From Planctomycetota bacterium (GTDB lineage: Bacteria > Planctomycetota > UBA8108 > SXIK01), in contig CBDCXR010000004.1 of NCBI GenBank assembly GCA_965223845.1, forward strand, positions 1,824,001-1,888,000: a stretch of 64,000 nucleotides of DNA, in the 5' to 3' direction. Under the pieces are notes generated by a model. It saw nothing but the letters and a program-made list of their open reading frames with translations. It made no database searches and was not told the origin of the DNA. Made by a program: the position numbers and the translations under genes. Position 1 is the first letter of the stretch; the number at the start of each line of letters is the position of its first letter. This document shows positions 43,619 to 53,170 of this stretch, piece by piece.

Positions 43619-46282
43619 GTGAGAAACGAAGATCGATCGACGGCACAGGAGCTCGCTGAGCGAGCCGCGAAGCTCTCCGAGGAAGAACGCCGGACGTTTC
43701 TCGACGCGAATGCAGGAACGCCCGGGTTGCGCGCTGAAGTCGAGGCGATCCTCGCGAGCGCGGGAAAGACTCTCGAAGTCTCTCCGCCCGGCGCGGACCC
43801 AGCGTCGACTCCCTCCGTTCCGCCGCTCGTTGACCAGGCGACGAGAAGCGACGAAACCCGTGCGCTCGAAGGCGGCGCCGTCGTCTCCGGCCACTACCGC
43901 GTCATCGAGCTCCTCGGCCGCGGAGGAATGGGCGAGGTCTATCTCGCCGAGGACACGCGACTCGGCCGGCGAGTCGCGCTCAAGTTTCTCGCTCCGGAAA
44001 TGGCGCGCTCGGAAGAGCAGCGCCGCCGCTTTCTCGGCGAAGCCAGGGCTGCTTCGGCGCTCAATCACCCGAACGTCTGCGTGATCCATGAGGTCGGAGA
44101 GGCGAGCGATACTCGTCCATTCATCGCGATGGAATGGGTCGACGGGAAGAGCCTCGAACAGATTCTCAAGACGAAAGAGATCGGGATCGCAGAGAGCGTC
44201 GACATCGCGATCGGTCTCGTCGACGCGCTCGACGCCGCGCACGAAAAGGGAATCGTCCACCGGGACATCAAGTCCGCGAACGTAAGTCTCACAGATCGCG
44301 GACAAGTCAAGGTTCTCGACTTCGGTCTCGCGAAGCGTTTCGGAGACGAAGATCCGGTCGCCGAGGCTACGCAGCCGGGAACGATCCTCGGTACGCCGGC
44401 CTACATGAGCCCCGAGCAGGCGCGGGGGCGGCCACTCGACCACCGCAGCGATCTCTTCAGTGCTGGCGTCGTCCTCTACGAGCTCGTCGCTCGCCGCCTC
44501 CCGTTTCCGGGTACGACCTTCGGCGAGGTGATCGAGAAAGTCGTCCACGCGCAGCCGGATGCCCTCGCGCGCTTCAACTACGATGTCCCGGCGGAACTCG
44601 AGCGCGTCGTGAGGAAGTGCCTCGAAAAGAATGCCGATCACAGATATCAGTCTGCTCGCGAGCTCCTCGTCGACCTCCGGAGTCTCGCGCGCGATCTCGC
44701 GCTCGGCCTCGCCTCGACATCCGTTGTGGCCCCGGCGAGGGAAGGCGATTCGCCCGCGAGTTCACCGCCCGCTCCGGCGTCTTTCCCGGCGACGATAGGG
44801 GAAACCGATATTCTCATCAGCTTCGCGCCCGCCGACGATCGTGCGCTCTCTGCAGAACGTGAGGGGTGGATCTCGCAGCTTCACCGAAACCTCGAAGTCC
44901 GCCTCGAACAACTCTCCGGCGAACGAGTCAAGATCTGGCGGCATCCCGATCCCACCGAAACCCAGCTTCGCGACGACCAGTTGCTCGATGGTCTTGCGCG
45001 AGCGAAGACGATGATCTCCGTGCTCTCGCCGCCCTTCGTCAAGTCCGAAGGCTGTCTCGGTCAGGTCGAGCGCTTTTGGCAGTCGGCTGAAGCGGCAGGA
45101 AAGTTCCGCCTCGGGGAGAAGCCGCGACTGTTCAAGGTCGTCAAGCGACCCGTGTCCGCGGCTGAGCTTCCGCCCGCGCTCGGCGAGCTTTTCGCGCAGC
45201 TCCTCGATTTCGAATTCTTCGAGCTCGACGAGAACGGTCGGGTGCGCGAGTACGACGATTCGTTCGGCCGGACGGCGATCCAGCGCTATCACGAGAGAGT
45301 CTACGACCTGGCGCAGGAAGTGAACGGAGTGCTCGAGGCGTATCGCCGAAACGAGACCGACGCCGATGCCGGTCGTGCGATCGCGCCGCAGCCGACCGGA
45401 AAAGTCGTTTACCTAGCGACGACGACGTCGGATCTCGAGCCCGCACGCGACCGAATCCGGCGCGAGCTCACGGCGCGAGGTCATTCCGTCCTCCCGCAGC
45501 ATCCGCTTCCTCTCGTCGAAGGCGAGCTGCGGACGGCGATCGCCGAGTGCCTCGAGCGCTCGGATCTGTCGATTCATCCGATCGGTCGCATGTACGGCGT
45601 CGTCCCGGAAGGATCGCAGCGCTCCATCCTGGAGCTACAAAACGAGGTCGCCTCCCGGGTGGGGGAGTTCGAACGCGTGATTTGGATTCCCCGCGACGCG
45701 GAGGGTCGCGATGAACGACAAGCAAAGTGGATCGAGACACTGATGCGGGAGCCTGGAGAGCACGCTAGAGCCGAGATCGTCGTCGATACGCTCGAAGGCT
45801 TGAAGCCGCTCCTTTTCGAAAAGCTAACCGCAGAGAAGCCTCTGCACCGAGCTGACGACGGCGCCGAGCGCCCGCCGCGAGTCTACCTCGTGTGCGACGC
45901 GGTCGATCTCGCCGCCGCGGAAGTCGTCGAAGATGCGCTCTTCGACTTCGGGCTCGAGGTCAGTCTTCCCGATTTCGAAGCCGACGCGACCGAAGCGGCC
46001 GAGGTCCATCGCCAGAACTTGATCGATTGCGATGCCGCGATTGTCTACTACGGAAAGTCTCGTCTCTCCTGGGTCGACATCAAGCTGCGCAGTCTTCTCA
46101 AGGCGGTCGGCTACGGGCGTGAGCGCGAGATCGGGCACCGCGCCGTGCTCGTCGCACCGCCGATCGATCGACGAAAGGAGCGCTACCGCACCCACAGCGC
46201 CGAGATCATTCGGCAGGAAGGCGACTTTTCTCCGTCCCTCCTCGAGCCGCTCGTCCGACGACTCCGGGAGGACGCGCGATGA
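43619..46282 (+). CDS. Hanks-type Ser/Thr kinase fused to three tandem TIR-like domains (TIR_2-like, DUF4062-like, TIR-like)
   Basis: Kinase motifs intact: LGRGGMGEVY, VALK, HRDIKSAN, DFG, GTPAYMSPEQ. Then DILISFA...KIWRH...ISVLSPPFVKSEGC; VVYLATTTSDLEPARDRIRREL...LSIHPIGRMYGVVPEGSQRSILELQ; RVYLVCDAVD...NLIDCDAAIVYYG. Confidence 0.88.
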   Translation: MRNEDRSTAQELAERAAKLSEEERRTFLDANAGTPGLRAEVEAILASAGKTLEVSPPGADPASTPSVPPLVDQATRSDETRALEGGAVVSGHYRVIELLGRGGMGEVYLAEDTRLGRRVALKFLAPEMARSEEQRRRFLGEARAASALNHPNVCVIHEVGEASDTRPFIAMEWVDGKSLEQILKTKEIGIAESVDIAIGLVDALDAAHEKGIVHRDIKSANVSLTDRGQVKVLDFGLAKRFGDEDPVAEATQPGTILGTPAYMSPEQARGRPLDHRSDLFSAGVVLYELVARRLPFPGTTFGEVIEKVVHAQPDALARFNYDVPAELERVVRKCLEKNADHRYQSARELLVDLRSLARDLALGLASTSVVAPAREGDSPASSPPAPASFPATIGETDILISFAPADDRALSAEREGWISQLHRNLEVRLEQLSGERVKIWRHPDPTETQLRDDQLLDGLARAKTMISVLSPPFVKSEGCLGQVERFWQSAEAAGKFRLGEKPRLFKVVKRPVSAAELPPALGELFAQLLDFEFFELDENGRVREYDDSFGRTAIQRYHERVYDLAQEVNGVLEAYRRNETDADAGRAIAPQPTGKVVYLATTTSDLEPARDRIRRELTARGHSVLPQHPLPLVEGELRTAIAECLERSDLSIHPIGRMYGVVPEGSQRSILELQNEVASRVGEFERVIWIPRDAEGRDERQAKWIETLMREPGEHARAEIVVDTLEGLKPLLFEKLTAEKPLHRADDGAERPPRVYLVCDAVDLAAAEVVEDALFDFGLEVSLPDFEADATEAAEVHRQNLIDCDAAIVYYGKSRLSWVDIKLRSLLKAVGYGREREIGHRAVLVAPPIDRRKERYRTHSAEIIRQEGDFSPSLLEPLVRRLREDAR

Positions 46283-49200
46283 ATCCCTATCCCGGGCTTC
46301 GACCCTTCCGCGACGACGAAGACTATCTGTTCTTCGGGCGTGAAGAGCAGACGGCGGAGCTTCTCCGGCTCCTCGGTGAGCATCGGTTTCTCGCCGTCGT
46401 CGGAACATCGGGAAGCGGCAAATCTTCGCTCGTTCGCGCCGGGCTTCTCCCGGAGCTCCAGGGCGGCACGCTCACGGACGCGGGCTCCGCCTGGGAAATC
46501 GCCCTTCTGCGCCCGGGCGGCGATCCCCTGTTGAATCTCGCCGAGGCACTCTGCGACGCAGACCTCTATGACGCGGACGATCCGTCCGCCGTTCCGCGCC
46601 TGCTTGCGACGCTCGGGCACTCCGGCCGCGGTCTCGTCGAAGCGTACCGCCAATCGGACGTCGAAAAGGGGGCGAATCTCCTCGTCGTCGTCGATCAGTT
46701 CGAGGAGCTCTTTCGTTTCCACGACACCGGAGACGTGAGCCGCGATCGCGCGCGCGCTTTCGTCAGCCTCCTCCTCGAAGCGGCACAGCAAAAGGATGTT
46801 CCGCTCTACGTCGTCCTCACGATGCGCTCCGACTATCTCGGCGATTGTGCGCAGATTCGCGGGCTCGCGGAGGCCGTGAACGAGGGAGAGTACCTCATCC
46901 CTCGGCTCACGCGAACCCAGCTTCGTGCCGCGATCGAAGGTCCCGCGCGCGTCGGTGGCGGCGCGATCGCCGAACGACTCGTCCAGCATCTTCTGAACGA
47001 TGGCGGCGACCGTCCGGATCAGCTTCCCGTTCTTCAGCACGCGCTCATGCGAACGTGGGATGTGTGGACGTCGAAGGGAGCGACCGATCGAGAGATCGAC
47101 TTAGACGACTACGAAGCGACGGGTGGGATGAGCGAAGCGCTCTCGCGCCACGCCGACGAGGTTTTCTCTGCCCTCTCGACCGACGAGCAGCGGGCCGTCG
47201 CGGAACGCGTCTTTCGCGCATTGACGGAAAAGGCGAGCGACAACCGCGGCATCCGCCGGCCCACTCGACTCTCAGAGCTCACTGCGATCGTCGGAGCGGC
47301 GGGTGCGGACGTGCGGAGCGTGATCGACGCGTACCGGCAGCCCGGGGTCACGTTTCTCATGCCCGGACTTCCGCGAGAGCTTCGGCCGGAGACGGTCGTC
47401 GATCTCTCTCACGAAAGTCTGATGCGCGTTTGGCAGAGACTGCGGAACTGGGTGGAGATCGAAGCCCAGTCGGCGCGCGTTTATGAACGGCTCAGAGAGA
47501 CGGCCGACTTGTGGCGACAAAACCTCGCCGGCCTGTACCACGATCCGGATCTTCAGATCGCGCTTACGTGGCGCGATGAGCATCGTCCGACTGCCTCTTG
47601 GGCAGCGCAGTACGGTGGTAGGTTCGAACTCGCGGTGGAGTTTCTCGAAGCGAGTCGAACGGAAGCCGAGCGCGAGACGAAAGAGAAAGAGGCCGCGCGA
47701 CAGCGAGAGCTCGAGCAAGCGAACGCGCTCGCCGAGGCACAAGCGCGCGCGGCGCGGAACTTTCGCCACTTTGCGGTAGGGATGGGCGTGCTCGCCGTTG
47801 TTGCCGCGGCGCTTTGCGTCTGGGCGTTTATTCTCAAAGCAGAATCGGAAGAAAACGAACGCGCCGCCGCGGAAAGTGCCCGAGCGGAGCGAGCGAGCGC
47901 GGAGCAGGCGCAATCCGAGCGCGCTCGCGCGGAGCGCGAGGCCGAGCAGGCGCGCCTCGCTCGCGCCGCCGCCGAGGCGGCGCAGGTCGAAGCGCATTCC
48001 CTCCTCGTCGAGTCACGCCACGAGCAGGGAGCCGTTTGGCTCGAGCGTGCTCGTACGCTGGTCGAGGAGAAGAGCTTCTTCGCGGCGAAGATGTTTGCCG
48101 CGCGTGCCGTCGGGTTCGAAGGTTACGGCGCAGCGGACCGCGATGCGGAATTTCGCACGCTGTATCCACCCCTTCTCCGTCCGGAGAGCCTCGAGCGAAC
48201 GCAGGTCGAGGAGCTGATGCGGATGGAGGAATACCCTCTCGTCTGGGTCACTCCGTCGGCGGCCCTCGAGGCGAGGGTCCTCGCGATCGCGGCAAATGAT
48301 GCGCGAGCCAGTGCCGGCGCCGTCGACGGGACCGTGCGCTCTTGGTCCATCTCGTCCGGCGAAGAGTTGCCGATGATCGGCGATGCGGGGAATCAGTCGA
48401 TGCTCGCGATCGCTGTCACCGCTGAAGATTCCTATCTCGCCATCGCTCGATCCGACGGTGACGTCGAGATCTGGAATCTACGCGAGCACACCCACGAACG
48501 GACGCTCGACCATACGGGTCCGGTCTACGACATCGCCTTCACGGCGCAGGGGGACCGGATCGTGACGGGGTCAGCGCTCACGACCGTGCGCATTTGGAAG
48601 GTTTCGACCGGTGAGATGCTTCACGAGCTCGGCGGCCATCTCGGCCCGGTCTACGCCGTCGATTTCGCTCCCGACGGAAAACTCCTGGCATCCGGCGGCG
48701 CAGACAACACCGTGCGAGTGTGGGACTCGGCAGACGGCTCGGAGGTGCAACGATTCGATCATCCCGCCAACGTACGCGAGCTTCGCTTCTCGCCGAACGG
48801 TGAGTTCCTCGCGGCTACCTCGCGCGACGTCACGGTGCGGCGCACGGATTCGTGGTCGGAAGTCTTCACCGCCAACGTTCTCGGCGCCGCGATGTCGCGC
48901 AATCTGACGCGATCGGGGCTCGACTTCAGCCCGGACAGTCGGTGGGTGGTCGTGCGTGGAGATAGCACGACGATCGGTGTTCGCGACCTGAACACTGGAA
49001 CGACGCGAGCCGTCGACTCGGTCGTCAGCGCCGCCGGACCCGTCGTCTTCACTCCATCCGGCGACCTCGTGGTCGCAGGCGATCGGACGCTTCGGATCGT
49101 CGAGTTTCCGTCGGGGACGGACCGAGGGAATCTCGCCGACGGCCACGCCGGCCCGGTGCGTGCGGTCGACATCAGTCCGGACGGACGGACCATCGTGTCC

Positions 49201-52200
49201 GCGAGTGACGACGGTACTCTTCGATTTTGGGACGTGGCGACGGGAGAGGGACGCCGTACGCTCGACGGCCTGAGTCGTCGTGTGATTTGGGTGCAGTTTT
49301 CGCCGGACGGATCTCGCCTGGTGACCTGCGACCATGAGCGACGAGTTCGCATTTGGGATGTGGATTCGCACGAGGCCGTGGTGGAGATCCACGGGCCCGC
49401 CGCCCGCGCGACATTCCATCCCGACGGAATTTTGCTCGCGTTCGGTCGATCGGGCGGCACGATCGCGCTGTGGGATCTCGCGGACGATCGCCTGGTGACG
49501 ACGCTCGAGAGCGGCGACGCCGACGTGAACGACGTCGAGTTCCATCCCGACGGCACGCAACTCCTGTCGACGTCCGAGGACGGATCGGTGCGACTCTGGG
49601 ACGTGGCGACAGGCACGGCACTCGTCACGCTCGAGTCCCAGTCGATGGCGTTCGACGCGGAGTTCAGCCCCGACGGAGCGACGTTCGCGACGAGCGGTCC
49701 GCGCGACGTGATCCTTTGGGACACACTCACCCGCGAGCGTACCGCCATCCTCGACGGTCACGACGACCGCGTCGAGTCGATCGCGTTCAGTGCGGACGGA
49801 GAGTTGATCGCGACGGCCTCGATTGACGGCAGCATCCGCGTCTGGCGAACCGTCGCCGGGACCCTCGTCACGACACTCGAGAGTCATTCTGGCGCGGTGT
49901 ACCGAGCTCGATTCTCGCCGGACGGACGCTCCATCGTTTCGGGCGGCGACGACCACGCGGTCCGGTTGTGGGAGGTTCCGAACCGGACCGTCGGATTGAT
50001 CTCGCACCCGACCGAACCCTACTACGGCGCACGGATTTCGCCGGACGGCTCCGTCATCGCTGCGGGGGTCAGAGGCGGGGTGAAGCTGATCGACCCGGCC
50101 GTTCGGCGCGAGATCGCCGAGCTGGCGCTGAGCCTCGAGCGGGAGCCTTTCGGACTGCGATTCGACCGAACGGGAGCACGCCTCGCCGCCGTCGAAGTGC
50201 TGGGAAATCAGACTCGCGCGAGCATCGTGGTCTGGAATCTCGCCACCCGCGAGCGACTCGGCTCCTTCCCCGGACCTCCGCCGATCAACGCTCAGATCGA
50301 CTTTCAACCCGGAGGTGACCTCGTCGCGTCTCCCATGTTCGGGCCGGGGATCACCCTCTGGGACGCCGCTCTCCGGCATGCGGTGGCTCAAATCTCGGAG
50401 ACGGAGCAGATCTTCGCGGTCTGCTTCAGCTCGGACGGCGCGCTCCTTGCGAGCGGAGCGCTCAGCGGAGCACTGCGACTTTGGAACGTCGAGACTCGCA
50501 CGCTCGTTCGCGAATTTACGGCGTCGTCGTCCGGTGCCGCTCCGGAGGGGGCCGCCGCGCCCGAACGGGCGCACTCGAAGGTTCTCACGCGCACCGTGTT
50601 TCAGCCGAGTGGGGATCTCCTCGCGAGTGCGTCGATCGATGGCAACGTACGCCTCTGGAACGTCGAAACGGGCGAGCTCGTCACGACTTTCTCGGGTCAT
50701 GCGACATCGAGCCTGGTCGAAATTGTCTTTAGCCCCGATGGAAAACTGCTCGCCTCCGTCAGCGCACAAGGCGACACGGTGCGCTTCTTCGATGTAGAGA
50801 CTCGCTCCCTTCTCGATACGCGCACCGGCGAGGAGTCGACGCCCTTCGATTTGAGCTTCAGCGGGAGCGGCGCGGTGCTCGTGGTCGGCGCGCTCAACTC
50901 GGCGATCCGCATGTGGGACGCAAGGGTCGGACTGCCGGCACGCGAGCGCTACGCGCGCTATCTCGACCGGTACGACTTCTCCGGACGGAGTGTCGTCCCT
51001 CGAAGACCGGTGCATCTGTTTCGCATGGCGGGGGTGCCCCTGGAGCCCCTCTACGAGAATTCTCACCTGAGCGCGCTCTATGCCGCCGGCGATTCGGCGT
51101 GGAGGGAACTCGTGGAGCGATACGTGTTCGCGCGAAACTGGCCGGCTGCCGCGGCAGTCCTCGATGAGGTGCCGATCGAGTCCGCACGCGACGAGCGTGT
51201 GGAGCTCGCGGAGACTCTTGTCCGCGTCGCGGACGACTTGCACGACCGCGGACAGAGTCGTCTTGCCCTCCGGCGCCTCGATCTTTCGGAGTCTCTCGGC
51301 GGCCGTCCGAGCGCGCTCTTTACGCGGCGAGCGCGCATCCGACTGGCGCTCGGGGAGCGAGAGCGAGCCTTCGAGAACCTCGGAACGGCGATCGACCACC
51401 TTCGTGCCGAGACGCCGGTGGACCACGAAGCCTTGACGAGTCTCCTTGAGGAGCGCGTCCGCTTTCAACTCGCGACGAGGGACTTCGGTGCGGCCGGTGC
51501 CGAGCTCGGAGCGCTGCTCGCGGAGCTCGAGGCTCCGGAGCGCCGCCTGAGAGCGGTGCAGGAGTATCTCGACGCAGCGGCAGCGGACGCCGTCGCCGGG
51601 CTCTCGAGCGATCCCGCGTCGCGGCGTCGAGTGGTCGCGCTCGCGCTGTTGGAGCTGTTCCTTGCCTCCTATCTGGGGGGGGCGGTCGATTCCGGCCGGC
51701 TCGAAGTCTACGCTCCTCTCCTCGGAGACGACGAGGACCGCGATACGCGACTCGTCGAGCGAAATGGAGAATGGGAGTATCCCGAGGAGAATCCATCGCG
51801 GCCGGAAGCGGGCTGGATGACGGCGGAGAGTCGCGGTGACTGGAGCATCGGTTTGGCTCCGTTCGGATTCGGCGACTCACGCGAGTCGACGCCGCTCAGC
51901 CGCGGTGCCATCGCTTACTACGTCCGCCGACGGTTCACGTTTGCTCCTGACGACATCTCCGGCGGTGTCCGACTCCGCGTCGAGCTCTCACGTGACGACG
52001 GAGCCGTCCTCTACCTGAACGGGCAGGAGATCCTCCGCGATAATCTCCCGAATGGTCCCATCGAACCGTCGACCATGGCATCGGTCATTCAGAACAATGA
52101 CGATGAAGTGAGATGGCGAACGTTTACGGTTTCCGGTGCGGAGCACTTGAGACCGGGCGAGAATCTTCTCGCAGCGGCGATCCATCAGTCGACTGCGAAC

Positions 52201-53121
52201 AGCTCGGATCTTCACTTCGATGCGGCGCTGACCGCCGTGCGAACGATTCCGCTCTACCTCGCGGCTCTTCCCGAAGAAGAAATCAATGCGGCGCTTGCCG
52301 AAGCGATCGCGGAGATTCCGGTCGTGATTCGCGCGATTTGGGCGCCGCTCATAGATTTCTCGTGGGGTCGGGGAACGCTCGCGGCTGACATCTCTCTTGC
52401 CGACGCGCTCAAGGCTTGGCGCGCGCGACGCGTGATCCTCGGCGAGCTCGACTACGACGACGCCGAGAGCGCGGCGTTGACGACGGAACTCGAGCTCTTC
52501 GAACGAGCGCGCGAGGAGCTCACGTCGGCCGAGCGGTACGCGCTCCAGCTCTACTTCGACGAGATTCTCCGAGCTCGAGACCTGGAGGCCGAGGCGGATC
52601 GACTCGCGCGGGAATGGGTGGCATCGGAACTCCTTCTCGCTGGAGCGCTTCGACTGAACGGGGGAGGAGGTGCATTCGTGAGCGCCGACGACACGGCCTG
52701 GGGCGCAGATCGGTTCTTCAGCGGGGGAGGAACCTATCTCGATGGCGCTCGATCGCTTTACGTGGACGACATTCCAGGCACCGAGGACGATCCGCTCTAC
52801 CAGACGGAGCGTTTCTTTCGTCCGGGAACGGCGAAGCCGCACTACCGTATCCCCGTGCCGAATGGGCGGTACCGAGTTACGTTTCACGCGAACGAGATTT
52901 GGTACCCCCGAGGCGGAAACCGAATCTTCGGCGGCAGAATCGAAGGGGTGACGGTGTTCGAGAACTACGACCCCTTCGAGAGTGCAGGACAGCACGGGAA
53001 ACCGCACGTCCAGCAATTCGACGTCGAGGTGACGGACGAATGGCTCGATCTCGAACTCGTTCACGGCCGGGACAACCCAAAGATTTCGGCGCTCGAGGTT
53101 TCGCCGATCAGAGAACCTTAG
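46279..53121 (+). CDS. NLR-like nSTAND1 NTPase with TM helix, coiled coil, multiple WD40 propellers, TPR-like helices, a galactose-binding-like beta-sandwich and a C-terminal malectin domain
   Basis: NPYPGLRPF...FFGRE; Walker A GTSGSGKSS; Walker B VVVDQFEELF; LTMRSDY; DQLPVLQHAL; SHESLMRVW. TM FAVGMGVLAVVAAALCVWAFIL. Many GH...WD repeats. GLAPFGFGD...DDGAVLYLNGQE. Malectin: LNGGGG...WGADRFFSGG...DDPLYQTER...VPNGRYRVTFHANEI...NPKISALEV. ATGA overlap with the kinase gene. Confidence 0.9.
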   Translation: MNPYPGLRPFRDDEDYLFFGREEQTAELLRLLGEHRFLAVVGTSGSGKSSLVRAGLLPELQGGTLTDAGSAWEIALLRPGGDPLLNLAEALCDADLYDADDPSAVPRLLATLGHSGRGLVEAYRQSDVEKGANLLVVVDQFEELFRFHDTGDVSRDRARAFVSLLLEAAQQKDVPLYVVLTMRSDYLGDCAQIRGLAEAVNEGEYLIPRLTRTQLRAAIEGPARVGGGAIAERLVQHLLNDGGDRPDQLPVLQHALMRTWDVWTSKGATDREIDLDDYEATGGMSEALSRHADEVFSALSTDEQRAVAERVFRALTEKASDNRGIRRPTRLSELTAIVGAAGADVRSVIDAYRQPGVTFLMPGLPRELRPETVVDLSHESLMRVWQRLRNWVEIEAQSARVYERLRETADLWRQNLAGLYHDPDLQIALTWRDEHRPTASWAAQYGGRFELAVEFLEASRTEAERETKEKEAARQRELEQANALAEAQARAARNFRHFAVGMGVLAVVAAALCVWAFILKAESEENERAAAESARAERASAEQAQSERARAEREAEQARLARAAAEAAQVEAHSLLVESRHEQGAVWLERARTLVEEKSFFAAKMFAARAVGFEGYGAADRDAEFRTLYPPLLRPESLERTQVEELMRMEEYPLVWVTPSAALEARVLAIAANDARASAGAVDGTVRSWSISSGEELPMIGDAGNQSMLAIAVTAEDSYLAIARSDGDVEIWNLREHTHERTLDHTGPVYDIAFTAQGDRIVTGSALTTVRIWKVSTGEMLHELGGHLGPVYAVDFAPDGKLLASGGADNTVRVWDSADGSEVQRFDHPANVRELRFSPNGEFLAATSRDVTVRRTDSWSEVFTANVLGAAMSRNLTRSGLDFSPDSRWVVVRGDSTTIGVRDLNTGTTRAVDSVVSAAGPVVFTPSGDLVVAGDRTLRIVEFPSGTDRGNLADGHAGPVRAVDISPDGRTIVSASDDGTLRFWDVATGEGRRTLDGLSRRVIWVQFSPDGSRLVTCDHERRVRIWDVDSHEAVVEIHGPAARATFHPDGILLAFGRSGGTIALWDLADDRLVTTLESGDADVNDVEFHPDGTQLLSTSEDGSVRLWDVATGTALVTLESQSMAFDAEFSPDGATFATSGPRDVILWDTLTRERTAILDGHDDRVESIAFSADGELIATASIDGSIRVWRTVAGTLVTTLESHSGAVYRARFSPDGRSIVSGGDDHAVRLWEVPNRTVGLISHPTEPYYGARISPDGSVIAAGVRGGVKLIDPAVRREIAELALSLEREPFGLRFDRTGARLAAVEVLGNQTRASIVVWNLATRERLGSFPGPPPINAQIDFQPGGDLVASPMFGPGITLWDAALRHAVAQISETEQIFAVCFSSDGALLASGALSGALRLWNVETRTLVREFTASSSGAAPEGAAAPERAHSKVLTRTVFQPSGDLLASASIDGNVRLWNVETGELVTTFSGHATSSLVEIVFSPDGKLLASVSAQGDTVRFFDVETRSLLDTRTGEESTPFDLSFSGSGAVLVVGALNSAIRMWDARVGLPARERYARYLDRYDFSGRSVVPRRPVHLFRMAGVPLEPLYENSHLSALYAAGDSAWRELVERYVFARNWPAAAAVLDEVPIESARDERVELAETLVRVADDLHDRGQSRLALRRLDLSESLGGRPSALFTRRARIRLALGERERAFENLGTAIDHLRAETPVDHEALTSLLEERVRFQLATRDFGAAGAELGALLAELEAPERRLRAVQEYLDAAAADAVAGLSSDPASRRRVVALALLELFLASYLGGAVDSGRLEVYAPLLGDDEDRDTRLVERNGEWEYPEENPSRPEAGWMTAESRGDWSIGLAPFGFGDSRESTPLSRGAIAYYVRRRFTFAPDDISGGVRLRVELSRDDGAVLYLNGQEILRDNLPNGPIEPSTMASVIQNNDDEVRWRTFTVSGAEHLRPGENLLAAAIHQSTANSSDLHFDAALTAVRTIPLYLAALPEEEINAALAEAIAEIPVVIRAIWAPLIDFSWGRGTLAADISLADALKAWRARRVILGELDYDDAESAALTTELELFERAREELTSAERYALQLYFDEILRARDLEAEADRLAREWVASELLLAGALRLNGGGGAFVSADDTAWGADRFFSGGGTYLDGARSLYVDDIPGTEDDPLYQTERFFRPGTAKPHYRIPVPNGRYRVTFHANEIWYPRGGNRIFGGRIEGVTVFENYDPFESAGQHGKPHVQQFDVEVTDEWLDLELVHGRDNPKISALEVSPIREP

Positions 53122-53170
53122 GGGACGACAAGCTGACAACGGACAACTCTCGCGCGGCAAAAGGAAGTTT

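Noticed and set aside
24377-51468. Very long antisense ORFs (24377..26773, 34948..37107, 40055..42742, 43094..44641, 48571..51468) as overlapping genes
   Set aside because: Each mirrors a well-supported gene on the opposite strand and has no motifs; GC-rich codon bias suppresses antisense stop codons.
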